Shown here: positions 7,635 to 16,697 of the stretch, one piece after another
Numbering within the stretch: position 1 is the first letter of the stretch
Layout of the letters: each line of letters begins with the position of its first letter
NCBI GenBank assembly: GCA_044439905.1
Contig: JBITAC010000048.1
Coordinates: forward strand, 334 to 64,333
Direction of reading: 5' to 3'
Length of the DNA stretch: 64,000 nt
DNA from: Phycisphaerales bacterium JB063
GTDB taxonomy: Bacteria; Planctomycetota; Phycisphaerae; Phycisphaerales; Phycisphaeraceae
Translations under genes and position numbers: made by a program
Notes under the pieces: model-generated
Told to the model about the DNA's origin: nothing
Database searches by the model: none
What the model saw: only the letters and a program-made list of their open reading frames with translations

Positions 7635-8534
7635 TCAACTTCGTTCGTTCAGCGCATCGGGGATGCCGTCCGCGAGGTCGAGTGCGCGGAGCCCGGCTCG
7701 GCCGTGGTGCTTGGCCCATTGGTCGGCGGCGCGGCCGTGGAGGTGGGCCGCGAGCTGCGCCGCGTCGAAGGCGGGCACACCTTGCGCCAGCAGCGCGGCC
7801 GTGAGCCCGGTCAAGACATCGCCCGACCCGGCCGTCGCGAGCGCGGGGTTGCCGGTGGTGTTGATGGCGTAGCGTCCGCCGTCACTGATAACCGTGTGCT
7901 GGCCTTTGAGCAAGACGACGTTGTTGTCGCAACCGACACGGGCCTCGCGGAGCGCGTTTGCGAACGCGGCTGCCGCGTCGGGGCGCTGGGCGGGGTCGGT
8001 CGGATCCAACGTGATACCCAGCGGCTCGGCGAGCCGGCGAAACTCGCCGGGGTGCGGGGTGAGGATGCGGGCAGGTGATTTCTGCTGTGTTTTTAGCAAG
8101 CCGTCGCCCGGCTGTTTCATCGATGTTGCCAGCGCATTGAGCCCATCCGCGTCGAGCACTACCGCGCGCGACCCCGCGAGCAGGCGCATCACCATCGCCC
8201 GCCGCCAATCGCCCTGCCCCAGCCCGGGCCCCACCGCGAGCACCGCGCGGCCGTCGGGGTCGGCCGCGTCAATCGCATCACACGCCGCGTCCGCGTCGCC
8301 CTCAAGCAGCACCCCCGTCGCGCCCGGCTCGACCGTCAGCGCATACGGCAACACCTCCGCAACCGTCGCGAGTTTCACCAAGCCCGCGCCGCCGCGAAAC
8401 GCCGCGCGGGCGCACAGCGCAGGCGCGCCGATCATCGCCGCGCTTCCGCCGACGACGATCACCGTGCCAAACGTGCCCTTGTGTCCAGCGTCGGGCCGCG
8501 CAGGGGGTTTCGGGATTTTGGTGACTTGCTGCAT
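7635..8534 (-). CDS. nnrD: ADP-dependent NAD(P)H-hydrate dehydratase (YjeF C-terminal domain only)
   Basis: HKGTFGTVIVVGGS, GPGLG, VLDADGLN, LTPHPGEF, LLKG, NTTGNPALATAGSGDVLTG. Confidence 0.93.
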   Translation of the reverse strand: MQQVTKIPKPPARPDAGHKGTFGTVIVVGGSAAMIGAPALCARAAFRGGAGLVKLATVAEVLPYALTVEPGATGVLLEGDADAACDAIDAADPDGRAVLAVGPGLGQGDWRRAMVMRLLAGSRAVVLDADGLNALATSMKQPGDGLLKTQQKSPARILTPHPGEFRRLAEPLGITLDPTDPAQRPDAAAAFANALREARVGCDNNVVLLKGQHTVISDGGRYAINTTGNPALATAGSGDVLTGLTAALLAQGVPAFDAAQLAAHLHGRAADQWAKHHGRAGLRALDLADGIPDALNERS

Positions 8535-8547
8535 GGTTGGTTCAAAT

Positions 8548-8721
8548 CACGGAGGTCACGGAGACACGGAGACACGGAGAACATGGAGTATCAATCAATC
8601 TAGAGGACGGTCATTTGCATAACAACATAAACGGAGTAGGTTGACTTTCGTCACGATGTACACGGCCCGAAAAAGTTCTACTTGATCACTCCGTGCTCTC
8701 CGCGCCTCCGTGACCTCTGTG
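8548..8721. repeat. Inverted pair of CACGGAG tandem-repeat arms enclosing a 109-bp AT-richer spacer
   Basis: CACGGAGGTCACGGAGACACGGAGACACGGAG (8548-8579) and CTCCGTGCTCTCCGCGCCTCCGTGACCTCTGTG (8689-8721). Confidence 0.8.
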
Positions 8722-9546
8722 GCAACTCCCTGCCGACCGACCACCCAACTTGTTCACCCGGCACGCCGCGTAGGCCGCGCCGAAACCGTTGTCGATGTTC
8801 ACGACCGTCACCCCCGACGCGCACGAATTGAGCATCCCCAGCAGCGCCGCGATACCGCCGAAGCTCGCGCCGTAGCCCACGCTTGTGGGCACGGCGATCA
8901 CCGGCGAATCGACCAGCCCCCCCACCACGCTGGGCAGCGCGCCCTCCATCCCCGCGATCACGATCACCACGTGCCCCGCCCGCACCTCGTCCGCGCGGTG
9001 CAGCACTCGGTGGATCCCCGCGACACCGACGTCGTTGATCGATGCGACCGGATGGCCAAGCGCCGCGCACGTCATCGCGGCCTCCTCGGCCACGGGCAGG
9101 TCGCTGGTCCCGGCGGTCACGATCGGGATCGGGCGATAGCGGCCCGCGGAATCGACACCCTCTTCCCCTGCATCCGAAGCGGCGACCACGGGTGGGCGGC
9201 CGAGGATCGCGGTGCCGCCGAGTTGTCCGCGCCGGATCGGCGTACCGGGCAGCGCGGATTCAACATGGTCAAGCTGCTCCGCCGAGCCACGCGTCACGAG
9301 CACACAAGGCGATCGTTCGAGCAGCACGCCGGCGATCGACGCGACCTGCTCGGGCGTCTTGCCCGCCGCGAAGATGACCTCGGCCGTGCCGCAGCGGTGC
9401 GCCCGGTGGTGGTCGACCGTCGCAAAGCCTAGCGGCTGGGCCTGCATCGCTCGCAGCCGACCCGCCGCCTCGTCCACACCGATCGCCCCGTCGCGCACGC
9501 TCGCCAGCAACGCATCCAGGCCCGCCGCATTCTCGCCATCGTTCAT
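8686..9546 (-). CDS. larB: Nickel-pincer cofactor biosynthesis protein LarB (PurE-like)
   Basis: FATVDHHRAHRCGTAEVIFAAGKT, VTAGTSDLPVAEEA, DVGVAGIHR, AGMEGALPSVVGG, PTSVGYGA, VTVVNIDNGFGA. Confidence 0.93.
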   Translation of the reverse strand: MNDGENAAGLDALLASVRDGAIGVDEAAGRLRAMQAQPLGFATVDHHRAHRCGTAEVIFAAGKTPEQVASIAGVLLERSPCVLVTRGSAEQLDHVESALPGTPIRRGQLGGTAILGRPPVVAASDAGEEGVDSAGRYRPIPIVTAGTSDLPVAEEAAMTCAALGHPVASINDVGVAGIHRVLHRADEVRAGHVVIVIAGMEGALPSVVGGLVDSPVIAVPTSVGYGASFGGIAALLGMLNSCASGVTVVNIDNGFGAAYAACRVNKLGGRSAGSCHRGHGGAESTE

Positions 9547-9750
9547 CGCCCGATGGTACGCGATGCCACTTTTTTCGTCTCGCACCCGCAGGGGTGACAG
9601 GGTCTGTCACCCGCCAACGCGATACTCCCACCTCAAGGCCACACCCCCGCCGGCTTCCGGGGCGGCGGGGGTGGCAGGGACCGATGCCGATGGGGAGTGC
9701 CCGGTCGGCAAGGACGCCGGGCACGCGACGACCGCCAGCGGGCAAGGCGT

Positions 9751-10104
9751 CTACAGCGGTTCTTCCGCCGCATAGCTCCAGCCACACTTCGTGCAGGTGT
9801 CCACCGCATCGGGCATCGGCTCGCCACAATTCAAGCAGACGTCGTCATCCATCGGCCGGGGCTTGTCCAGCGACGAACGGATTTGCTCGCGGATCGATGC
9901 GATGAGCTCAAACGCGCGGTCGGCGTGCTCAGCCGGGACCTGAACCTTGATGCTGCCCACCGCGTTACTCAACAGCGGGTCTGCCCACACGATGTTTCGG
10001 TTGTGGAGGTAGACGGGGATGCCCTCCTCCTCCAGGCGGATCTGCGCGAGGTCCGCGTGCAGCGGGTTGTCGTAGCGCTCGATCGTGATGTAGCCCTCGC
10101 CCAT
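9751..10104 (-). CDS. DUF2007-like (putative signal-transducing) protein with C-terminal zinc ribbon
   Basis: ADLAQIRLEEEGIP...SNAVGSIKVQV...RAFELI, then CLNCG...CTKCG. Confidence 0.8.
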   Translation of the reverse strand: MGEGYITIERYDNPLHADLAQIRLEEEGIPVYLHNRNIVWADPLLSNAVGSIKVQVPAEHADRAFELIASIREQIRSSLDKPRPMDDDVCLNCGEPMPDAVDTCTKCGWSYAAEEPL

Positions 10105-10125
10105 CGGCCTCACTCCTATGCGCCC

Positions 10126-11661
10126 CTACTCCGTCCACTCGAGTTCGATCACCTTGATCTCCAGCCCGTTCATCAGCGGGAGCATCGCGACCATGTCGTT
10201 GACCATGGCGTCGTCGGACTGAGGGCTGGTGGAGAGCGCGATGTGGGTGGCGTCAAAGCCGTTGACCTGGCCGGGGAACGCGGCGTCGAGGTCGACCCAG
10301 ACGCCCTGGCCCTCGCCGGTCTCGATCCAGGCCTGGGTCCACATGTGGTAGCCGAAGATGTCGCGGCCGCCGAGGAATTGGTCGGCATAGACGATGCCGG
10401 TGACGGTCCGGCTGGGGATGTCGGCGCCGCGGAGCATCGCGGCGAGCAGCACGCCGTGCTCCGTACAATCGCCCTCGGCGGTCCGTGCCACCTCGCTCGC
10501 GGTCGCGAAGCCGACGGACAGGTTCTTGGCGTCGATGAAGCCACGGACAAAGTCGCGGCAGGCCTCCGCGACACGCAGACCTTCGGCCCGGCCCGCGTCC
10601 TGCAGCGACCGCTCTACCAGCACCGCCACCGCCTCGTCCTCATGGTCCAGCGCACTGGTCGCCGCGAGGTAGCTTGCCGCATCGCCCCCCAGCCCCGGGC
10701 CCGGCGTCTGATGGCTCAGGTCGATCGTGATCCGCATCGTGTCTTCATCAACCCACTCCACCACCTGAAACCCAGCCGTGGGGACCTGGTCGCGGTCGAT
10801 CGCGTCGAGGCCTTCGCCGCTGATCTCGTAGACCGCCCGGCTCAGCCGACGCGGGTTCTCGATCACCCGGTCCGGACGGATCATCGTGCTCGCCATCACC
10901 TCGGGCGCATCAAACTCGGCCAGCGCCAACGCCCGGTCCGCCAGCAGCACCTCGATCTCCATCCCCGGCATCAGCGGCACCGACTGACGCACCGCCTGGC
11001 CCCGGCCATCGATCCACTGCTCCATCTCGACCCCCGGCATCAGATCCGTCGTCGCCGACCAACGCGTCGCGGGCACGGTCCGGCCAAAGACCTCGACCTC
11101 GCCGACCTCCTCACGCGTCATCACCGTCGTCACCGGCGAAGTCCCGCTGCTCAGGTCGAACGTCGTCATCTCAATCTCGTGATCCCCCCGCGCCAGTGCC
11201 GCCTCCGCGTACGCCATCGCGCCCGCCGGCGTCAGCCAGTCCCCCTCCGGCACGGGCAAGGCCTGCGTGTTCGACCGGCCCCCGCTGCTTGTCGTCAACT
11301 CCCAGCCGTCCGCGCCAAACACCAGACGCTGCTCCGTCGCTATCGTCGCCAGCAGGGTCCGGCTGGTCGCCTCGATCGGTACGAAGTCGGCCGACTCCAC
11401 AAAGGTCGAGCCCTGCTCGATCGTGAGCGACTGCGCGCCCCGGGCGATCGTCATACGCATCTCGGTCGTCGTCACGATCCGCCCCTGCGCGTCGATCGCC
11501 ATCAGCGTGTGCATGTAGCCGACCTTCTCGCCGTTCATCCGCATGACAAACCACGCGTCGTAGGGCTCAAACGCGGCGGCCTCATCCCCCTGCGCCTGAA
11601 CCGGCAGCGTCGATAGCACAAGACCACAGCAAGCAAAAAACCAAACGAAGAATCGGGGCAT
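10126..11661 (-). CDS. Exported transglutaminase-like protein (Cys-His-Asp triad)
   Basis: Signal peptide; GDCTEHGVLLAAMLR...IPSR...YHMWTQAW...WVDLDA. Confidence 0.88.
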   Translation of the reverse strand: MPRFFVWFFACCGLVLSTLPVQAQGDEAAAFEPYDAWFVMRMNGEKVGYMHTLMAIDAQGRIVTTTEMRMTIARGAQSLTIEQGSTFVESADFVPIEATSRTLLATIATEQRLVFGADGWELTTSSGGRSNTQALPVPEGDWLTPAGAMAYAEAALARGDHEIEMTTFDLSSGTSPVTTVMTREEVGEVEVFGRTVPATRWSATTDLMPGVEMEQWIDGRGQAVRQSVPLMPGMEIEVLLADRALALAEFDAPEVMASTMIRPDRVIENPRRLSRAVYEISGEGLDAIDRDQVPTAGFQVVEWVDEDTMRITIDLSHQTPGPGLGGDAASYLAATSALDHEDEAVAVLVERSLQDAGRAEGLRVAEACRDFVRGFIDAKNLSVGFATASEVARTAEGDCTEHGVLLAAMLRGADIPSRTVTGIVYADQFLGGRDIFGYHMWTQAWIETGEGQGVWVDLDAAFPGQVNGFDATHIALSTSPQSDDAMVNDMVAMLPLMNGLEIKVIELEWTE

Positions 11662-11697
11662 CACAAAACCTCCATCAAACCGACGCAGCCGGTGATT

Positions 11698-11732
11698 ATC
11701 GAACATCGAACTCCGCACATCAGACATCGTCA
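11698..11732. repeat. Period-7 tandem repeat (ATCGAAC-type)
   Basis: ATCGAAC ATCGAAC TCCGCAC ATCAGAC ATCGTCA in the spacer between the two transglutaminase genes. Confidence 0.6.
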
Positions 11733-11734
11733 AA

Positions 11735-13285
11735 CTACCGCTCGATCTCGACCACGCCGATCTCGAGCCCGTTCATCATGGGCACCATCTCGATCATCTC
11801 CGCCCCGGCGTTCGCATCATCCATCGCGCTGGTGCCCAGCGTGATGTGCGTCGCGGTGTAGCGGTACATCGCCGAGTCGAGATCGACCCAGTGCCCGCCC
11901 TGCTCCGAGTCGTCGGCGATCCAGGCCTGCGTCCACATGTGGTACACGAACACGTCCGACTGGCCGGCAAACTCGCTGTCGGCATACGCGAGCCCGGTCA
12001 CGCATCGGCTCGGGATGCCCTGGGCCCGGAGGATCGCGGCGAGTAGGACCGAGCACTCCGTGCAGTCGCCGCTTCGGCTGCGGGCCACCTCGCTCGCGGT
12101 CGCATCGCCCGTCGAGAGGTTGATGCCCGTCATGTAGCGTGTCACGAATCGCCGGGCCGAGCGCGCAAAACGCAGGTCATCGACCGCGCCCCCCACGCGC
12201 TCACGCACTTGCTGCGCGAGCTTCTGCACTTCTTCGTCGGAGTGGTCGATCATGATCGACGTCTCCATGTACGACGGGTCCGTGCCGGGCGTGTCGTCGC
12301 TCGCCAGCGGGTTTTCCTCGGTCATGTCGACGACCAGCCGCACCCGACCGTCGGGCAGGCGCTCGGCCCGCTGGTGCATCGTCGTCGGCGGCAACAGGTC
12401 GTCAGGGGCGTGCTCGCTGAACTTCAGGTCAAACACCGCACGCCGAACACGCAGGGGCTGCTCGATCGGCTGGTCAGGCCGGACCGTCGACATCTGCGCC
12501 ATCTCGGGCGGGTCAAACTCCAGCGTCGCCACCGACGCGTCGCGCAGGAACGACACCATCTCCAGGCCCGCAAACGTCAGGCGCTGCTGCTGCATCACCC
12601 CCGCGGCATCGTACAGCTCATACAGGTCGATCCCCGGCAGGGCCGAGTAGTTCACCTTCCATCGCGTCACATCGACCTCCTCCCCCGAGTTCGACTCGAC
12701 GGCCTCGACCGCCTCACGGGTGTAGGTCAACACCACCGGCCGACTCCCCAGCTCCGGGTCCCATGTCGCGAGCTCGAAGTGGTCTTCGCCGGCCTGCGCC
12801 AGCGCTTTCCACCGCAGCTCGAGCGCGACCGGGGTGAGCCAGTCCCCCTCGATCGCGGGCAGCGTGCGCGTGGTCGTTCGGCCGGCCTGCTCGCTGACCA
12901 GCTCGACGCCGTCGGCGGTGATCGTATACGTCTGCCTGACGACCTCGGTCCCGGCGGAGCTCTCGCTGGTCACCGAGATCGGCTGGAGGTCGGCGGTTTC
13001 GAGCCAGACGGTCCGGCTGTCGCTGATCATCAGCTCGCCGCCGTGGGTCTCGATCCGTCGCGACGCGTAGCCGGTCTCGATCGTGCCGTCGTCATGGATG
13101 GTCAGCCACTCGTGCGTGTAGCCGCTGGGCTGGCCGTCAACCGTGTCGAGATACCACTGGTCGTAGACGAGGTCGGCGACCTGCTGCGCCAGCGCGGGTG
13201 CGGCCTGGGCATTGGCGGGCGTCGCCGGGGCGAAGCCGAGGGTGAGGGGCAGGGCCAGAACGACACACGTCACGAGGTTTTTCAT
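11735..13285 (-). CDS. Exported transglutaminase-like protein, tandem paralog
   Basis: Signal peptide; GDCTECSVLLAAILR...IPSR...YHMWTQAW...WVDLDS. Confidence 0.88.
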   Translation of the reverse strand: MKNLVTCVVLALPLTLGFAPATPANAQAAPALAQQVADLVYDQWYLDTVDGQPSGYTHEWLTIHDDGTIETGYASRRIETHGGELMISDSRTVWLETADLQPISVTSESSAGTEVVRQTYTITADGVELVSEQAGRTTTRTLPAIEGDWLTPVALELRWKALAQAGEDHFELATWDPELGSRPVVLTYTREAVEAVESNSGEEVDVTRWKVNYSALPGIDLYELYDAAGVMQQQRLTFAGLEMVSFLRDASVATLEFDPPEMAQMSTVRPDQPIEQPLRVRRAVFDLKFSEHAPDDLLPPTTMHQRAERLPDGRVRLVVDMTEENPLASDDTPGTDPSYMETSIMIDHSDEEVQKLAQQVRERVGGAVDDLRFARSARRFVTRYMTGINLSTGDATASEVARSRSGDCTECSVLLAAILRAQGIPSRCVTGLAYADSEFAGQSDVFVYHMWTQAWIADDSEQGGHWVDLDSAMYRYTATHITLGTSAMDDANAGAEMIEMVPMMNGLEIGVVEIER

Positions 13286-13327
13286 GCACGCATTGTATCG
13301 TTTCAGCCCCCGCGCCAAGACACCGGT

Positions 13328-14785
13328 TTACGCGGAATCCACGATGCTTTCTCGCAGTTTCGCGAGTTGCTCGGGCGGGTAGAACGCGAAACACCAGTCA
13401 CGCCGGTTGGCAATGTCGGCGTTGGCGACGCCCCGCCGGGCGCGTTCGACGTCGGCCTGCGCGTCGGCAACAAGGCCAGCGTTTTGTTCGGCAAACGCCC
13501 GGTTGATCGCGCGGAGCCGACGCCGAGCGGCACGTTTTTCTCGCTTCGTATACGTCCCCCCCGACCCCGCCAGGATGCCGTGTTTCTCGGCCAGCCGTGA
13601 CTTGTCGAGCGTATCGGCATCGTCCACCTCCCGGTCGATGTTGTAGGGCAGGTGATGGCGATACCACACCGCCCGTTCGAGCTGGTCGGGTGTCGCGGTC
13701 GGCAGCGCGAAGTCCAGATAGACGTCGGCCGAGACAACCGCAAGCGGCGCAAGCGTTTCGCCAAACCAAGCACGCCACCAGTGCTCGGTGACTTGTTCGT
13801 AGACCCCGCCGCCCTTGCCATGGATGAAGAGGTCGCACAGCGTCGAGCGCATGAAGGCGGTGAGGGTCAGGGCCTTGGGCGCAAGCGTTTCAAACACCCC
13901 GCCCTCGTCCGTCATCGTCTGCCCGATTGGCGTGCCGTCCTCATGGGTCAGCAGCGGCACCCGGTCGGCCAGGTCGGCAAACACGCGGCCGCGACCCGCC
14001 GACGCCATCACCCACAGCGGCAACTCGACACGGTCCCGCTCCACGAGCAGCGGCGCCACCCCCGCCTCGGGGACGCGGGCGACCGCCGCGTTGTACGCCG
14101 ACACACACCGACGCGCCTCGCGCAGCATCCGGTCCACCAATGACTGAAACGACGCCAGCCGTGCGAGCTGCGAGGTCCGCAGCACAAACATCTCGCCACA
14201 CGTCGGCCGCATCCAAGCCAGCTGCATCGCGGTGATGCTGTCGGCCAGCGAATCGGCGGCGGCATGCTCAGCCAACGCGTCGGCCTCACGTAATGCCGAC
14301 AGGTCGACCATCGGCTCGCCATCGAGCCCGCGTTCAAACGCATCCACCGCGTCGGCCAACGCGCCCCGCTTCAAGGGTGGGCGCTGGCCCGTGCCTAGCG
14401 CGAGGTCCTCGCTGCCCAATCGCAGTGTTTTCACATCGATCGCATCGCCGAGGCGGACCGGGACATCGATCGACAGGGCAGAGTTATCGATATGGTCGAC
14501 GACAAGATGGACCGGCTGGGCGTCGAATCGCTCGCAGGCCACCGACATCGCGATGTCCTTGGCGAGGATGCCCGGGTGCCAGAACCAGGCCTGATGCCCG
14601 GTCGCGATGATGGGACGTGTCGGGTCGAAGGGTGTGCGGTCTGGGCCCGGCGTGTCGAGGAGCGGAGCGAGTTCCGCGCGGTCCGCCGGCCGAGCCGACC
14701 CCGACAACCGCCAATCGCGCAGCGGGGGATCAAGCAGGACGCGGGGTGCGGAGACATCAGCCATAACACATGGAACCGTCGCCAT
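13328..14785 (-). CDS. Hypothetical protein, possibly BshC-like
   Basis: Long ORF whose ATG overlaps the GT2 stop (TGATG). Motifs ATGHQAWFWHPGILAK and LFIHGKGGGVYEQV. Function inferred only. Confidence 0.7.
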   Translation of the reverse strand: MATVPCVMADVSAPRVLLDPPLRDWRLSGSARPADRAELAPLLDTPGPDRTPFDPTRPIIATGHQAWFWHPGILAKDIAMSVACERFDAQPVHLVVDHIDNSALSIDVPVRLGDAIDVKTLRLGSEDLALGTGQRPPLKRGALADAVDAFERGLDGEPMVDLSALREADALAEHAAADSLADSITAMQLAWMRPTCGEMFVLRTSQLARLASFQSLVDRMLREARRCVSAYNAAVARVPEAGVAPLLVERDRVELPLWVMASAGRGRVFADLADRVPLLTHEDGTPIGQTMTDEGGVFETLAPKALTLTAFMRSTLCDLFIHGKGGGVYEQVTEHWWRAWFGETLAPLAVVSADVYLDFALPTATPDQLERAVWYRHHLPYNIDREVDDADTLDKSRLAEKHGILAGSGGTYTKREKRAARRRLRAINRAFAEQNAGLVADAQADVERARRGVANADIANRRDWCFAFYPPEQLAKLRESIVDSA

Positions 14786-15546
14786 CAGATCGCGGCGCCG
14801 CACTCGCACGGCGGATGGACCATGTCCCCCACACTCACCTTGGCCAGCCCCGGGTACTTGTCCAGCTCGCGCTCGAAGACCTCGCGGTAGTGCGCCAGGC
14901 GGTGGCTCGCATCATCCAACGGCCCGCCGAAGGAGCGGTTAGGGTCGTTGTAGATCAATCGCACCGGCACCTCGCGGACCCGCAGCCCGTGCGCCGCGAA
15001 CTGCACCCACTGCTGCAGCGGGATCGCGTAGCCGTCCTCGGTCAGGTCGAGCTTCTCCATCGCGCTGACGCGGTAGGCCTTGTACCCGCAAAAGGCGTCG
15101 GTGATGTTCATGCCCAGCGCGCCGTTGACCCAGTGCGTGATCGTCTGGTTGATCCGGCGTCGCTCGATCGGGGGCGGGTCGCCGCAGGTCTCACGGCAGA
15201 TGTATCGGCTGCCCGAGATGACGTCCGCGTCGTCGTCCTCGATCGCCTGGAAGAAGCTCGGCAGCGCCTCGGGCTCGTGCTGTTCGTCGCAGTCCATCGT
15301 GACGACCCAGTCGTAGCCGTACATCTGCGCCCACTTGAACGCGATGCGCAGCGCCGTGCCGTAGCCGCGGTTGGTCTTGTTGCGGATGACGTCGACCGGC
15401 TGCATGGCCAGGAGCATCGGCGTGTAGTCCGTCGATCCGTCATCCACCACCAGCACACACTTGGCGAAGTCCGTAATCCGTTCGATGACGCGGGCGACGT
15501 ACTTCTGCTCGTTATAGACGGGCACGGCGACGAGGTTCTTTTTCAT
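14785..15546 (-). CDS. Glycosyltransferase family 2 (DPM1-like)
   Basis: VAVPVYNE, VVDDGSTD, NRGYGTAL, TMDCDEQHEP (DxD), VISGSRY, ITDAFCGYKAY. Confidence 0.92.
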   Translation of the reverse strand: MKKNLVAVPVYNEQKYVARVIERITDFAKCVLVVDDGSTDYTPMLLAMQPVDVIRNKTNRGYGTALRIAFKWAQMYGYDWVVTMDCDEQHEPEALPSFFQAIEDDDADVISGSRYICRETCGDPPPIERRRINQTITHWVNGALGMNITDAFCGYKAYRVSAMEKLDLTEDGYAIPLQQWVQFAAHGLRVREVPVRLIYNDPNRSFGGPLDDASHRLAHYREVFERELDKYPGLAKVSVGDMVHPPCECGAAI

Positions 15547-15695
15547 AGACGGTGTCCGATCTTCGATGAGCGATGGATGAAACGGTGAACCACTGTAGGC
15601 GTCGTCTTGCCAAGTGACAATAGCCGACACATCACGCGCGGCTCGACCGCGGCGTCATCACGCAGGGCCCATCCGTCCGCCCTGCAGCCGACTCG

Positions 15696-15716
15696 CCCCC
15701 GGGCGTGGCCCGGCGG
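15696..15716. repeat. Short palindromic REP-like unit CCCCCGGGCGTGGCCCGG; second copy at 63363-63383
   Basis: The same core occurs twice in intergenic DNA, and degenerately at about 19804-19817. Confidence 0.55.
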
Positions 15717-16619
15717 TTATGTCCGGCCCATCGCCAGTTCGGCAAGCTGGGTAAGCGTCAACACCTCGGGCCGCATCGTGGGCTCAACCCCCTCGGGCAG
15801 CGGCGTGTCCCGGCCCAGGATCGCGCCAAGCTGCTTTCGGCGTTTGCTGAAGAGCGTGTGCAGCAGCTTGGAAAAGGCGTGCGGGTCGTCGCACAGGGGC
15901 GTGGGCCGACGGTGTAGCACGACGACGGCCGAGTCGATCGATGGCGGCGGGTAGAAGCACCCCGGCTTGAGCACGCCGACGCGCGAGACCTCGAAGACGG
16001 CCTGGAGCAGGATGCCCAGCGGGCCGTAGGCCTTCGTGCCCGGCGAGGCGGTGAGACGGTCGGCGACTTCCTTCTGGATCATGACGACGGCGGCCGACAT
16101 CGCCGGGTAGTCGAGTGCGAGGTTGGCCAGCAGCGGCGAGGCGATGTGGTAGGGCAGGTTGGCGATGAGCTTGAACGCGCCGACCTCTGACGAGCCGCGA
16201 CCGTCAGGGAGCGGACCCTGGGGTTTGCTTGGATTAACCGGGTGGGTCCGCTCCCTCACGGTCGCGGCTCGTTGCTGAGCTAACAGCGATACCACCGCCG
16301 GGTTGATCGCGTGCTTGCCGTCCAGCGCGTCGCCGACGTGCAGCGTGATCCGCTCACCCAACCGGCCCCGCAGGATCGGCTCCATGTCCCGGTCGATTTC
16401 CACGGCCACGACCTTCGCCCCCGCGTCCACCAGACGCTCGGTCAGCGCCCCCGTGCCCGGCCCGACCTCGAGCACCACATCGCCCGGCGAGAGCGCCGCC
16501 GCGTCCATGATCTTCGCCATGTGATTGCCGTCGTGCAGGAAGTTCTGCCCGAACTTCTTCTTGGGCCGTAGCCCGTGGTCGGCGAGGAGCCGCTTGATGT
16601 CGCTAAGCGTCTGGGCCAT
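15717..16619 (-). CDS. rsmA: 16S rRNA dimethyladenosine transferase RsmA/KsgA, with an in-frame REP insertion
   Basis: KKKFGQNFL, VLEVGPGTGALT, VAVEID, ANLPYHI, MIQKEVADRL, FYPPPSIDS. Confidence 0.96.
   Translation of the reverse strand: MAQTLSDIKRLLADHGLRPKKKFGQNFLHDGNHMAKIMDAAALSPGDVVLEVGPGTGALTERLVDAGAKVVAVEIDRDMEPILRGRLGERITLHVGDALDGKHAINPAVVSLLAQQRAATVRERTHPVNPSKPQGPLPDGRGSSEVGAFKLIANLPYHIASPLLANLALDYPAMSAAVVMIQKEVADRLTASPGTKAYGPLGILLQAVFEVSRVGVLKPGCFYPPPSIDSAVVVLHRRPTPLCDDPHAFSKLLHTLFSKRRKQLGAILGRDTPLPEGVEPTMRPEVLTLTQLAELAMGRT
16191..16271. repeat. 81-bp REP-like hairpin inside rsmA
   Basis: 28-bp arms CGAGCCGCGACCGTCAGGGAGCGGACCC and GGGTCCGCTCCCTCACGGTCGCGGCTCG (1 mismatch), 25-nt loop. 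Confidence 0.9.
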
Positions 16620-16697
16620 ACCCGACGTTATAGCTTGTCTTGAAGCCAGCGGTATGATGACCCGGGACTCCATCGCCCACACCCCCGGGACCCTGCC

